64,000 nucleotides of DNA, from the NCBI GenBank assembly GCA_023379675.1, contig JAMCPL010000016.1:34407-98406 (forward strand). The letters run 5' to 3'. Made by a program: the position numbers and the translations under genes. The notes below the pieces were generated by a model. It made no database searches. It saw only the letters and a program-made list of their open reading frames with translations, and was not told where the DNA came from. Source of the DNA: Actinomycetota bacterium (GTDB lineage Bacteria; Actinomycetota; Acidimicrobiia; Acidimicrobiales; JAMCPL01). Of this stretch, positions 40,601 through 50,216 are shown piece after piece (position 1 is the first letter of the stretch; each line of letters begins with the position of its first letter).

Positions 40601-43600
40601 AAGAGCTGATGGGCATGTTGCCGCAGCACTATGAGCAGCTATACCGTCAACCACAAAATCCGATGCACTTGACGTAGGCAGCCCCGTCGCTGTGCCACCA
40701 GTTGCCGCAGGCGGTACCACAACATAAACATAGTTGAGGATACTACTGGTAGTGGTGTCAACTAGCCCGCCAGTCGCACTGGTAGTGAAGCCATACACGT
40801 ACTGCGCCGTTGTCGGATCAGCAGCCAAATTGCTAACCATGGGGCCGGTAACCTTGCTGAGACCGGTATACACAGAAATAGATGGCTCCAAAGGCGATGT
40901 ACCATAGGCACAGGTAACACCACCAAGTGGGCAACTGTCCGACGAGGTGGTGATATCCATAGAGTATGTAGTAGACGGAGCCATCACTACCGGCCCATTT
41001 GTTACACCATTTATCACTACGGCAACTGAAGCACCGCCAGCCACATCCGTCGGCGTAGTGATCGTGACGGTCGCATCGGAATTACTGAGAGCCACTGTCG
41101 ATGCAACGACTCCGTTCACCGTATACGCAGTTGCAGATGACGGGAAAACGGTACCGCTCGGGGACGTAGCAAGAGTAATCGTACCTGTCCCTGCCGCTAA
41201 TGAACCACCGGTGGAACTCGTAGTGAAGCCAACCGTATAAAGTGCAGACTGGCCTGCAGCATTATTACTGGACTTCAAACCAGGACTAACAACCGACCCT
41301 GGGAGGGCAACAATTGTGTAACTCGGCCCAGGAACAAGACCCTTTGAATCGATGCTCGACTTCACTGAAAATGCGTATGAACCCGCAGCCGGATTTGTCA
41401 CACCACTTATTACAATAGTAACAGTAGCTGACGCGCCCACCGAAACCGGCAGATCAATGACCGGGACATCCGTAGTTGACGATGCTGCAAGGCTCACCGC
41501 AGCAACACCATTGACAACATAGTCCGAAGCAATGGTTGGCAATGCAGAGCCCGCGGTAGATGTAAGCGTTATGGTGTCATCAATGTTCAATCCGCCAGTA
41601 CTGCTTGTATTGAAAGACAGCACATACTGGTTACCAGGGGTAGTAGCAAAACTATTGGGTGATATACTCGGTCCCGTAACACCAGTTACAAATTGTGGCG
41701 ACGACAACGGCGACGACGGCACGTCATACCAATTACTGTTCACCGGCGTAGTGTCCGACGAGGTATCCACACTGAGCTGGTAGCGACCCGTTGCCGCATC
41801 AGTAGTGACGCTAACAGACACACTCACAACATCCGTGGCAGGCACCGCCGTTCCAATATCCAACGTTACCGAGTTCGATCCTGATACCGGAACGCTGCTG
41901 ACGGTAACCGAAGAGGTTGCCGTCGTGTTCGTAACGGTGTAGCTCCCGGTGGCACTTGGAAACTCAACTCCGCTCGGGGCCACGATGCTGATGCTACCGC
42001 CTGACTTTATACCACTTGTCGAGGTGAAGCTGATGCTGTAGGTGCCCGAGCTATCGGACGCACTAACGTCGCTAACTGCCGTTGCTGAAGTGATCGTATA
42101 TGAGGACGACGGAGACGGGTAGTCATTCGCCGACGTAAGTACCGCACCAAGCTCCGCAGTGTTGGAGGACACGGTCGGGTTGGTCACGCCAGCCACCACT
42201 ACGGTTACGCTAGAGGAGTCAGCCACCGATACCGGCGTAGTAATAGTTGCCATAACTATAGGACCAGAGGTCACCGGAGTAACTGTACCTGACGCAGCTA
42301 CTCCATTCACGGTGTAGTCCGTTCCAGAAGTCGGGAAGGCCGTACCTGCGGTGGCATTGGTACTCGACGCACTCGGAGCAACGAGCGTAATGGTATCCGT
42401 TCCGGCAGTAAGTGCACCGGTGCTGCCGGTAGTAAAGCTATAGGTGTAATTTGCGATTGCTCCCGATGCCAGACTGGTGGGATTGGGCCCGCTAACACTT
42501 GTCACCTCCGTAGCCACGTTAAACGCTACTTTTGCTGGAGCCTGATCTGTTGAATCACTCACATAAAGATCAGTTGAACCAGCAGTTGTTGTATTGGTAA
42601 CGCCAATCACATTGACCGTGACAGTCGTACCTGACGAAATAGTTCCTACCGGGTTGGATATGGTGACGCTGTCAGTTCCCCCACCCGTGATGGTGGTAGC
42701 GGCGACACCACCGGTGCCGGAATTCACCGTATACGAGCTTGGAGCTGTCGGGAACGCAGTTCCGGTCGGCCCCGTCAGCGTAATGGAGCCATTGGAAGCA
42801 ATCCCGCTTGTGGCAGAAAATGTAATTAGGTCATTGGAACCGCCACCTGCAAGTACCGCACTTGGGTCAGGACTTGTTGTAAGGGTTACCGAGCCAACCT
42901 CAGTAGGAGCCGTCACGATCGAGTAGCTGGAGGTAGCTACCGGTGCCGCATCCGAGGAGGTGGATACATCAAGGGTATAACTACCTGCAGATGTGGGATT
43001 GGTCACATCATACACGACCACGGTTACACTGGCAGAGTCAGGTATGGTTGTGGTCAGTGGATTGGTAATGACAGCACAGGTTGCGCCAGTCACAGTTCCG
43101 GATGGGCACGATGAACTCACACCAGTAGCGGCAACATTGTTCACTGTAAAATAGGATGGCGTCGCCGGCCATGTGGTTTTACCCGTTGGGTCAATCAAGG
43201 TAATGGTTCCCGGCGTCGTAGCCGTTGAAGCGGCAATTGCGCCAGTCGAGGAGGTTTTGAAGCCAATTGTGTAAATTGACGGATCACCTGCGTAGTTACT
43301 GTTTGGTCCACTTGGAGACGGACCTGTCACATTCGTAACTGAGGTGGCTACTGCCGAAATGGTGTAGCCGGAGGTGTTGACCGGAGCCGTGTCTGCGGAG
43401 GTGCTAACCGCCATGGTGTATGTCCCTGCAGGAGGATTGGTCACGCCGTTTGCCACGACAGTAACTGAAGTACCGTCAGCCACAGCCGTCGGAGTGGTGA
43501 TGGTCGCCGTCGCATTGGAGTTGCTCAGGCTGGGCGTTGCCGATACCGCTATGCCATTGACCGTGTACGCACTTGCAGAAGATGGGAAGACCGTGCCGGT

Positions 43601-43888
43601 CGGTCCGGCAAGCGTGATGGTTCCTGATCCGGACGCAAGCGCGCCACTGCCACTCGTGGTGAATCCGACCGTGTACAGCGATGACGCACCAGCCGTCGCC
43701 GGACTCGGGCTTGGCCCGCTATTGATTGTGACCGAGGTGGCCGCGAACGCGGTACTGCCCAGAAATGGCAACATACCGAGTCCCGCCATCAGCGCAATGC
43801 TCACGCTCGCTATCGCCCTACTGAAATAGCGCAACTTGGCGGACCGGACGGTCCCTGTTTGGCTGCTAATGGTTTCTTGCTCGTCCAC
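37685..43888 (-). CDS. Large secreted Ser/Thr-rich repeat surface protein (S-layer/adhesin candidate)
   Basis: Sec signal ending AFA|A; 11 repeats of about 125-145 aa (YTVGFTTS..GAL....TITL..P.GT.FP....YTVN...GVTNP..G.Y...V.TS.D); one IPT/TIG domain; three C-terminal P.R..D.R...VD..G[YW] repeats; likely GTG start at 43888 after AGAGGAGGT (ORF is open to 44113). Confidence 0.85.
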   Translation of the reverse strand: MDEQETISSQTGTVRSAKLRYFSRAIASVSIALMAGLGMLPFLGSTAFAATSVTINSGPSPSPATAGASSLYTVGFTTSGSGALASGSGTITLAGPTGTVFPSSASAYTVNGIAVSATPSLSNSNATATITTPTAVADGTSVTVVANGVTNPPAGTYTMAVSTSADTAPVNTSGYTISAVATSVTNVTGPSPSGPNSNYAGDPSIYTIGFKTSSTGAIAASTATTPGTITLIDPTGKTTWPATPSYFTVNNVAATGVSSSCPSGTVTGATCAVITNPLTTTIPDSASVTVVVYDVTNPTSAGSYTLDVSTSSDAAPVATSSYSIVTAPTEVGSVTLTTSPDPSAVLAGGGSNDLITFSATSGIASNGSITLTGPTGTAFPTAPSSYTVNSGTGGVAATTITGGGTDSVTISNPVGTISSGTTVTVNVIGVTNTTTAGSTDLYVSDSTDQAPAKVAFNVATEVTSVSGPNPTSLASGAIANYTYSFTTGSTGALTAGTDTITLVAPSASSTNATAGTAFPTSGTDYTVNGVAASGTVTPVTSGPIVMATITTPVSVADSSSVTVVVAGVTNPTVSSNTAELGAVLTSANDYPSPSSSYTITSATAVSDVSASDSSGTYSISFTSTSGIKSGGSISIVAPSGVEFPSATGSYTVTNTTATSSVTVSSVPVSGSNSVTLDIGTAVPATDVVSVSVSVTTDAATGRYQLSVDTSSDTTPVNSNWYDVPSSPLSSPQFVTGVTGPSISPNSFATTPGNQYVLSFNTSSTGGLNIDDTITLTSTAGSALPTIASDYVVNGVAAVSLAASSTTDVPVIDLPVSVGASATVTIVISGVTNPAAGSYAFSVKSSIDSKGLVPGPSYTIVALPGSVVSPGLKSSNNAAGQSALYTVGFTTSSTGGSLAAGTGTITLATSPSGTVFPSSATAYTVNGVVASTVALSNSDATVTITTPTDVAGGASVAVVINGVTNGPVVMAPSTTYSMDITTSSDSCPLGGVTCAYGTSPLEPSISVYTGLSKVTGPMVSNLAADPTTAQYVYGFTTSATGGLVDTTTSSILNYVYVVVPPAATGGTATGLPTSSASDFVVDGIAAHSAAATCPSALPAALSGWSCAQVELQPLQSIADSAAGTLVINGVTNPSPGTYSEYLSTSADQAVVPTSSYTIESAVSSPSVSMTLKGSGESAQYTVGFSTSSSGALSAGTGTITLAAPAGTVFPSAASAYTVSVNSGAAVAASTVALSNSDSTATITTPTAVGVTMPVSIVIVGVVNPPAGTYMLNVNTSADLAPSSTGSYQITGAVSSLTGPSPSPATPATSATYTVGFTTSTTGALAAGSGTITLTTSPSGTIFPSAASDYTVGGTAVTTLSGGGTSAVTITTPIAIGNSSVVKVAISGVTNPSSGSYTMAVNTSSDTVPVDTASYAIGSSVSSVTGPSPSSNLAGVSATYTVGFTTSSSGALAANSGTITFTAPSGTVFPTSAGDYTVNATAAATVSGGGTDTVTITSPVAVADSTAVTVAVSGVTNPAMGSYTLGVNTSTDIVPVNTSSYTIIALPTVSGISPVSGPTSGGTAVTITGTNFASGATVMFGAVTATAATVSSSTSIVATSPAESAGTVNVTVTTAGGTSATSSADQFTYVVAISGDAYTPVNPMRLADTRCSASPAPSYCAGENLPSANASLGTLAAGKSENVAVTGVDAIPLTATAVVVNVTAVNMTGGGYLSIYPEGSTPAVVSSLNWTSTTKVVTNLVTVPVNTSNGEISVANGGTSGAVNYIVDIEGYYAPPGSTPAGLYNAVTPTRLADSRCSESPLPTGITSSYCSAIPSANGKLVTLGAGKTENVTVTGVGPVPSSGVSAVVLNLTAVNTSSSGYFTAYPAGASKATVSTVNWIAGQTVPNRVIVEVGANGAITLYNNSGTANFIVDVSGYYTDGSSTSQTGSLFNPVTPARIVDTRCSVSSAPSFCASENLPSANATLGAVSAGKSITAQVTGIDSIPSSATAFVGNVTATGGTGGGYLTVYSGSTAPTTSDVNFGVGTTSANMVIGGLTSSGTVNIANGGGSGSVNVLVDVSGWFTAATS

Positions 43889-44270
43889 GGCTTTGTGACC
43901 TCCTCTGTCGTATTCCATGAATGGACCTTTGTTCGACTCTTGCACTTTGTCGCTCCACCTTTCGTATGCGCTCATGTACTTACCACCAAAATCTACACTC
44001 ATCCGATCTCCCGATGCAAATCCACCCGATCTCCGGGCCCGTCCCGAGCTTCTACTCTTACGGTTATCCATGTTTTCACCATTCATATTGCTGTCCGTAT
44101 GACTGTTTATCATACTTCAACGTATCTTGTCAAACTCATATCCATACTTGGCATTCATATTTTTGCGTGACACAGATGTGATCTTAACAGTAAAATGTCC
44201 TACTGCGCAAGTACTTGGCACAATATCCTACCTGACCAGGTATTTCCCCGGCTGTATCGCATGGTGTCAT

Positions 44271-44299
44271 AGATTAGCCGGTTTTCGCAATCCTGTCAA
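44271..44299 (-). promoter_or_regulatory. Candidate SigA promoter of the surface-protein gene
   Basis: On the minus strand TTGACA (44299-44294), 17 bp spacer, TAATCT (44276-44271). Confidence 0.55.
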
Positions 44300-44365
44300 G
44301 TCTTTCGGAGAAATTTTCGTAGCGGTTTCCCCAGGGCCCTTGCGGTTGATGGTATTGGTGGTAGA

Positions 44366-45007
44366 GTGAGTGTTATGACCGTAACGGTTGCAGCATCGAA
44401 GGATCAGAATCCCAACGCGAAGCCGGACCCAAGTCTAGGCTCAGGCTCAGGTCTAGGCCCCATGGCCAGCGCCAAGGCTCCACCCAGAGCGTTTACCGCC
44501 TCCGATCTCGACACCATGGGAGACGATGGGTACCGCCGCGAGGTGATTGAAGGGAGATTGATCGTGACACCGTCCCCGATAAGCAGGCATCAGGATGCTG
44601 TAGGCTCTCTCTTTTTGCTACTCGGGCACCACCGCCCTGACGGCTTCAGGGTCATGATAGCCCCTCTCGACTGGCGTACCTCTGGCGGAAACAGCCTGCA
44701 GCCCGATCTCATGGTCATAGGTGAAGAGGACTACAATCCTGACGGCTTCCAACTCGCCACCCCGCTACTCGTGGTCGAGGTGCTCTCTCCGTCCACAATG
44801 ATCTACGACAAAGGAGACAAGCTCAGGATCTACGAGACACTGGGTGTCCAATCCTACTGGATAGTGGACCCCGCCACCCCAAGTCTTATCGCATTGCAGT
44901 TGCGTGACGGGAGCTATGTGGAGGTTGCGCAAGTTACGGGTTCTCAGACCTACGAGGCCGATCTTCCCTATCCCGTGCCGGTGGCACCTGCCGATCTCAT
45001 CCGCTGA
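44366..45007 (+). CDS. Uma2 family (PD-(D/E)xK) endonuclease-like protein
   Basis: E.IEG.L.V.PSP...HQ, QPDL.V, P.LVVEVLSPST...D...K...Y...GV..YWIVDP. Confidence 0.88.
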   Translation: MSVMTVTVAASKDQNPNAKPDPSLGSGSGLGPMASAKAPPRAFTASDLDTMGDDGYRREVIEGRLIVTPSPISRHQDAVGSLFLLLGHHRPDGFRVMIAPLDWRTSGGNSLQPDLMVIGEEDYNPDGFQLATPLLVVEVLSPSTMIYDKGDKLRIYETLGVQSYWIVDPATPSLIALQLRDGSYVEVAQVTGSQTYEADLPYPVPVAPADLIR

Positions 45008-45069
45008 GGAGGCGCCAAACACGGTGGGCATAGGCCAGCGGCAGGTAGTCCGACAGACGAGCCAACATC

Positions 45070-47943
45070 ATGGTGATAGGCTCGACAGGCATGGCTCAGA
45101 AAGCTCGAAACCAGAACCGGCAGGACCGAGAAAACCAAAGCCGGGCGGCAAGGCGATCTTCGACAGCTAGGACGTCTCAAGGCAACCAGAACCGGGACAA
45201 TGCGAGCCGTTCCCCCCGTTCCGGCCAGAGAAGCCAGGCTGCCCAGTCATCGCTGGCGCACGGGAGTGATACCAGTAAATCAGGACAGGCTCGACCGGCA
45301 CGGAGGACACCGGAACGGGCATCGGCCAGAACGGGCACGGCTGGCAAGAGAACAGCCGGCGGGGAAGATAGGAGCCCTAGTCGCTCGCAGATCCGCCCGG
45401 TAAGTCATACGAACCTGCCGGAACCGTTGGGCGCCGTAGCTGTGCATGCACAAAAGATATTGCCCGCTTCAGTACCGCTTCCTATAGCGGGACTAGTCAT
45501 CCTGGCATGGGCACTTCTCGGCCTGTTCTGGGGCACGGGGGTGATCAGTTCGTGGGCGTTTACCCTGTTCCTCGCAACCATGGTACCTGCAATACTCGGG
45601 ACCGGAGTGATCGCCGCCATGGTCTCCCGAGGCAAAGAGCCCCTGCGAGCCGCCCGGGCATGCGTGCTGCTGGCACTCCTGCTGGTGGTTCCGCTCGTAT
45701 TCGACCCTCACAGCACCCATGTGTTCAACCTGCCCAAGTATACTGTCATCGTCTGGGGAGCTCTCGTGCTTGGTGCACTGTGGATCGTCGAAACCATGGC
45801 CAAGCGCAGGGTAGTGCGATGGCGTAACGGCATGCACTGGCTGCTGATCGCATCTACCGTATGGGTGCTCATCACGGCCATAGCTAGTGTCGATCCGAGC
45901 ATGTCGGTCCTCGGAGCACCCGGATCATACGACGGGCTCTACTCGTCACTTGCCTTCATGGTGATCGCATTCTCTGCCGCTGAAGCCTTCGATCCTCGCG
46001 ATCTGTTGAAAGTCATGGGCGTACTCGGCTTCGCAGCCTGCAGCGTGGCTTCCATATACGGTCTCGTACAGATACATGACCTCATCACCCACGGACCTCA
46101 CTGGGATTTCGTACACTGGGCAAGGCTTCCGTTTCACAACGTCTTTTCCACCATGGGCAACCCCAACTTCCTATCCGGCCTCTACGTCATTGTCCTGCCT
46201 GCATGCGTACTAATCGTGTTGCGGGCCACCAAGCGGTGGGTCAGGGCGGTTGGAGCCATAGCCTGCCTCATACTGCTCGCCGAGATACTTCAGAGTGCCA
46301 CCAGGGGCGCCTGGGTTGCAGCAATCGCCGCTCTCTTCGTCCTAGCCATAGTACTGTGGCCTGAAATAAGGCGCAAGCCCCTGCTGATTGCCGGAGGAAC
46401 CGGCGCCGTGGTGATCGTCGTAGGCACAGGGCTCGCACTTGGAGGCGCTAAGTATATAGGGGCCAAGCTCACAGCCCTATTCAACGCCGGTCCCGCCAGT
46501 TCGATCCAGCAGAGGTTCGATCTGTGGACAGCCGCCCTGCACATCGGAGGGCTGCATCCGCTGCTTGGTACTGGTCCTGATACCTTCGAGATCGTATATC
46601 CTCGTTACGAGAGTGCCCAGTGGGTGCATTACCTGGGACAGATCTTCGTCGCCAATGGGGCCCATGACGTGTGGATGAACACGCTTGCGGACAAAGGTTG
46701 GGTAGGCGTTGCGATACTTGTTGCGATACTGGGGTACGTGGGTTTGCGAGCGCTCGGAACGCTCATCCGGTACCGCAGGGCTGAAAGTTCGAGTTTCAGC
46801 ACGGGTGGAGCCCGCGCTGAGGGTGCTGGTGTGGGCAGTGCTGCGGGTGGCATGAGCACGGGTACTGGTGGCGGCGGAAGTACCGGCAAATTGGGAAGTG
46901 GCATCGGTGGCGCCACTCAACGCAGGTACGTGTTCGGCGTGCTGGCAGCCGGGCTGGTGGCGTACTGTGTACAGGACATCTTCAACGTCCAGGAGGTCGC
47001 CCTTTCCATGGTATTCTGGATGATGCTCGGGCTTCTTTGCGTGGCTGCACGCGACGCGGGCGTACCCAGCACCTGGTCGGCCAGAAGGCTACTCGGCATC
47101 GGAGTAGGTAGGCTAGATACAGTTGCCATCGGCAATGTTGGCAGCCTCACCTTTGGTAATGGCGATGACAACGATGCCCTGGGTAGTAATGGCGGTGGCT
47201 CTAGGGGCAGGGTAAGCAGCCGTAGGGGAGGACTGCGTGCATGGATGAATACAGAAGTCGGCGGCGGCGCCAGGAGCCGCGGTGGAGGTGGCGCCAGGAG
47301 CGCCACCAACAAGGGTACGCAACCTCGCCAGGCTCAGCGGGCTCGGCAGGGACACCGGAACCGTAACGCAACCACCAACCCCCTTCCCACCCTGCTTACC
47401 GCAATCGTCGCTATTGTGGTCGTGGCCATACTCGCCTTTGGTGCAGACGGACCGTGGCGTGCAGCACATGACTACTGGGCTGCGCTCATCGCTCAGAAGC
47501 AGTATCAGGGTGTCGCGAAGACATACGGCGCCACTTCGACACAGGCAAAGACCATCGGAAACTCTTACTTCACCGATCTGCACAACGCTATGTCACTCAA
47601 TCCATGGGATGCCGGCTATCCAGCCGCAGTCGGTATCGACTACGGTGAAGCAGCGGTACACGCTTCATCTGGACAAGCACGTACAGCAGATCTTGCGAAG
47701 GCCCACACGTACATGGCCAGGGCAGCAGCTATATCACCCCTGGAATCGAAATATCGTGACGAGTATGCCCAGGTGCTCGTGGATCAGGCCAAGGTGGCGC
47801 AAGCCGGCAAGGCCGGCGCGCAGGCAAGGCATGACTACGCTCAAGCGATAGCACAGCTACGCAAGGCCATTCGCTACGACCCACGAGATGAGACATTCCG
47901 AGCCTTCCTCTCGCAGACCGTTGCCGCAGCCAAAAAACTGTAA
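45070..47943 (+). CDS. O-antigen ligase (Wzy_C) family protein with C-terminal TPR-like helices; candidate O-oligosaccharyltransferase
   Basis: About 13 TM helices, STMGNPN, TRGAW, R..LW..A......PLLGTGP..F, AH..W......G..G, helical C-terminal repeats (A..L.P). Confidence 0.8.
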   Translation: MVIGSTGMAQKARNQNRQDRENQSRAARRSSTARTSQGNQNRDNASRSPRSGQRSQAAQSSLAHGSDTSKSGQARPARRTPERASARTGTAGKRTAGGEDRSPSRSQIRPVSHTNLPEPLGAVAVHAQKILPASVPLPIAGLVILAWALLGLFWGTGVISSWAFTLFLATMVPAILGTGVIAAMVSRGKEPLRAARACVLLALLLVVPLVFDPHSTHVFNLPKYTVIVWGALVLGALWIVETMAKRRVVRWRNGMHWLLIASTVWVLITAIASVDPSMSVLGAPGSYDGLYSSLAFMVIAFSAAEAFDPRDLLKVMGVLGFAACSVASIYGLVQIHDLITHGPHWDFVHWARLPFHNVFSTMGNPNFLSGLYVIVLPACVLIVLRATKRWVRAVGAIACLILLAEILQSATRGAWVAAIAALFVLAIVLWPEIRRKPLLIAGGTGAVVIVVGTGLALGGAKYIGAKLTALFNAGPASSIQQRFDLWTAALHIGGLHPLLGTGPDTFEIVYPRYESAQWVHYLGQIFVANGAHDVWMNTLADKGWVGVAILVAILGYVGLRALGTLIRYRRAESSSFSTGGARAEGAGVGSAAGGMSTGTGGGGSTGKLGSGIGGATQRRYVFGVLAAGLVAYCVQDIFNVQEVALSMVFWMMLGLLCVAARDAGVPSTWSARRLLGIGVGRLDTVAIGNVGSLTFGNGDDNDALGSNGGGSRGRVSSRRGGLRAWMNTEVGGGARSRGGGGARSATNKGTQPRQAQRARQGHRNRNATTNPLPTLLTAIVAIVVVAILAFGADGPWRAAHDYWAALIAQKQYQGVAKTYGATSTQAKTIGNSYFTDLHNAMSLNPWDAGYPAAVGIDYGEAAVHASSGQARTADLAKAHTYMARAAAISPLESKYRDEYAQVLVDQAKVAQAGKAGAQARHDYAQAIAQLRKAIRYDPRDETFRAFLSQTVAAAKKL

Positions 47944-48040
47944 CCGTAGTATGTGTGTAGCCGGCTCGAGTTCGTTGGTATAGCTGACCAGTTCAGGTAA
48001 ACGCAGTATGTATGTATGTAGTATGTAGTATGCTGGACAC

Positions 48041-48361
48041 ATGAGCAGTACTTCAATGGTTGTGACCCTGCTTATTGCCATAATTGCAACATTCGTCGCA
48101 ACTGTGGGGATCATCCTTCAGCAAACCAGCGCCCTGCGTAAAGAGCTGAAGTCGGATATGGCCGAGCTGAAGTCGGAGCTGAAGTCGGATATGGCCGCAA
48201 TGGAACAACGTCTCAACGACCGGATAGCCGGTATAGAAACACGAATGAGCAGCATGGAAACTACGCAAATAGCCCAAGCCGAACTCTTGGGTCGTATCGA
48301 TGAAAAGCTCAGCATACACATTGCCGGCGGACATACCCACATGGCGACAGCATCGGCCTGA
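48041..48361 (+). CDS. Small TM-anchored coiled-coil protein
   Basis: N-terminal TM helix followed by heptad repeats ELKSDMA-ELKS-ELKSDMA. Confidence 0.65.
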   Translation: MSSTSMVVTLLIAIIATFVATVGIILQQTSALRKELKSDMAELKSELKSDMAAMEQRLNDRIAGIETRMSSMETTQIAQAELLGRIDEKLSIHIAGGHTHMATASA

Positions 48362-48409
48362 GAATAAGTCGCAGCTACAGCTGGTGACCTGCCTCGGACA
48401 GTCTCACTC

Positions 48410-50170
48410 GTGCTACGGATGCTCATGAGCGCCACACCGCTATTTGATCGCTCGGGGAATGGCGCAGCCAGCACAATCGTATGGCCGCCCCCTATCGGGA
48501 AAGCTCGGTTCTGGATCATCCAGGGCCTCGTATTCCTTGTCGTGATTGTTCAGGAGCTGCTCTGGTTGCCAGGTATAAGGGGTTGGGGACTAGGGATACC
48601 GCCGTTTGTAGCGATCGGGCTGTTCGGAATACCTGTACTCTACGCTGCACTGGACTTCGGCTTTGCTGCGTCTGTGGCAACCGCCACAATAGCCACTGGC
48701 GCTACAGTGGTGACTATCGCTGCAAACGCCATCTTCGGCCACGTGCCCGCCCTGTACTCATGGGCTTATGCAGTGGAACTTGCATCGTTGCTCGTGGTGG
48801 CGGCGGCGGTAGGATCGCGCTTTGAGCGCGAGACCCGGGCTAGAATAGAGGTGGAACATGCCGCGTTGGCGGCCAGTGCAGCCGAGGAACGCTACCACTC
48901 GCTTTTCGAGGCAAGTGCAGCCCCAGTGTTGCTGGTGGACCGCACAGGAGTCGTGCGTGAAGCAAATGCATCCGCCCGCAGGACATTCTCCCATCCAAGC
49001 CTCTTTGGCCGGACGCTCAGGGAGATAATCGGCGGGGATGCAGCCAGGATATTGCTGGCGGGGCCCAAACAAAAGGGCACCCCGGTACATGTCATCACGC
49101 CCAACGGTATTGACTACATGCTAATGGCAAGTGCGGCTCCCACGGTTGCGGTAGGTGCAGATGCACAGACTGCAGATGCACAGACTGCAGATAGCAAGGC
49201 CGCCAATACAAAAGACGCCAGTAGAAGGACCGCTGGCGAAACAGCCAGCAGGGCCGGTGTCGCCGCTGTTGCCGGTGCTGGAGACGCGCGCAGGCCGCGT
49301 AAGCGACGCCCGACGGGTGCTGCCGCTGTTGCCGATGAAAGAACCAATAATGCAGCGGATCATATCTCCAGTGGCGCATCCTGGCCTGACGGGATACTCC
49401 AGGTGGTATTCCAGGACGTGACCGAAGAGATCCAGCGCCAGCGCCAGACCGAAGCATATGCAGAACACGTAATGAGAGCGCAGGAGGAGGAACGGCGCCG
49501 TATAGCTCGTGAGCTACATGACGAACCTGTACAATCCCTCGTGCATCTCTGTCACAGGATAGATACGGCGATGGAGATTGCCGGATTGCCTGAAAGAGCC
49601 TTCAGGGAACTGGGGGATACTCGCACGATGACAGAAGGCATCATAACAGAACTTCGCAACATCGCTACAGGATTGCGCCCTCCTGCGCTGGATGACCTTG
49701 GACTGGTTGCATCACTACGCAACCTTGTATCAGAATACAATAGTCGGACGGATGCCCAAGTTACGCTTCGTATCATCGGCACAATGCAGCGCATGGATCA
49801 ATGGCGGGAACTCACCATTTACAGAATTACCCAGGAAGCACTATCCAACGTAGAACGCCACTCGGAAGCTACAGAGGTACTCGTTTCGCTCAAGACTACT
49901 GGCAACATGCTGAGGCTGGCAGTGGTGGACAACGGCCAAGGTTTCGACAGCAGCACCAGAACGCTCGGCGGCGGTACGGGAGGTACCGACGGCGTGAGCG
50001 GCTTGGGCAGTACGGGAAGTATGAGCGGTACGGGAAGTACGGGAAGCATACACCTTGGCCTGCTGGGCATGAGAGAACGAGCACAACTGGCCGGGGGCAG
50101 CCTCCGGGTGGATTCACGGCCTGGAAAGGGAACGCTGGTAAGCCTGCGTATCAGGTATTGCCGGCAATAG
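48410..50170 (+). CDS. PAS-domain membrane histidine kinase (HisKA_3), orphan
   Basis: Four TM helices, PAS (YHSLFE....VLLVD..G....AN), ERRRIARELHD, YRITQEALSNV.RHS, DNGQGF, GL.GMRERA...GG. Confidence 0.9.
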   Translation: MLRMLMSATPLFDRSGNGAASTIVWPPPIGKARFWIIQGLVFLVVIVQELLWLPGIRGWGLGIPPFVAIGLFGIPVLYAALDFGFAASVATATIATGATVVTIAANAIFGHVPALYSWAYAVELASLLVVAAAVGSRFERETRARIEVEHAALAASAAEERYHSLFEASAAPVLLVDRTGVVREANASARRTFSHPSLFGRTLREIIGGDAARILLAGPKQKGTPVHVITPNGIDYMLMASAAPTVAVGADAQTADAQTADSKAANTKDASRRTAGETASRAGVAAVAGAGDARRPRKRRPTGAAAVADERTNNAADHISSGASWPDGILQVVFQDVTEEIQRQRQTEAYAEHVMRAQEEERRRIARELHDEPVQSLVHLCHRIDTAMEIAGLPERAFRELGDTRTMTEGIITELRNIATGLRPPALDDLGLVASLRNLVSEYNSRTDAQVTLRIIGTMQRMDQWRELTIYRITQEALSNVERHSEATEVLVSLKTTGNMLRLAVVDNGQGFDSSTRTLGGGTGGTDGVSGLGSTGSMSGTGSTGSIHLGLLGMRERAQLAGGSLRVDSRPGKGTLVSLRIRYCRQ

Positions 50171-50216
50171 CTAAACGCATCGCCTCCCTGAGATTCAATG
50201 AGGTAATGTGGCTTAG

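Noticed and set aside
44366-45007. Uma2 nuclease as part of a defence or mobile system
   Set aside because: Stand-alone Uma2 genes are common in Actinomycetota; no methylase, integrase or flanking repeats seen
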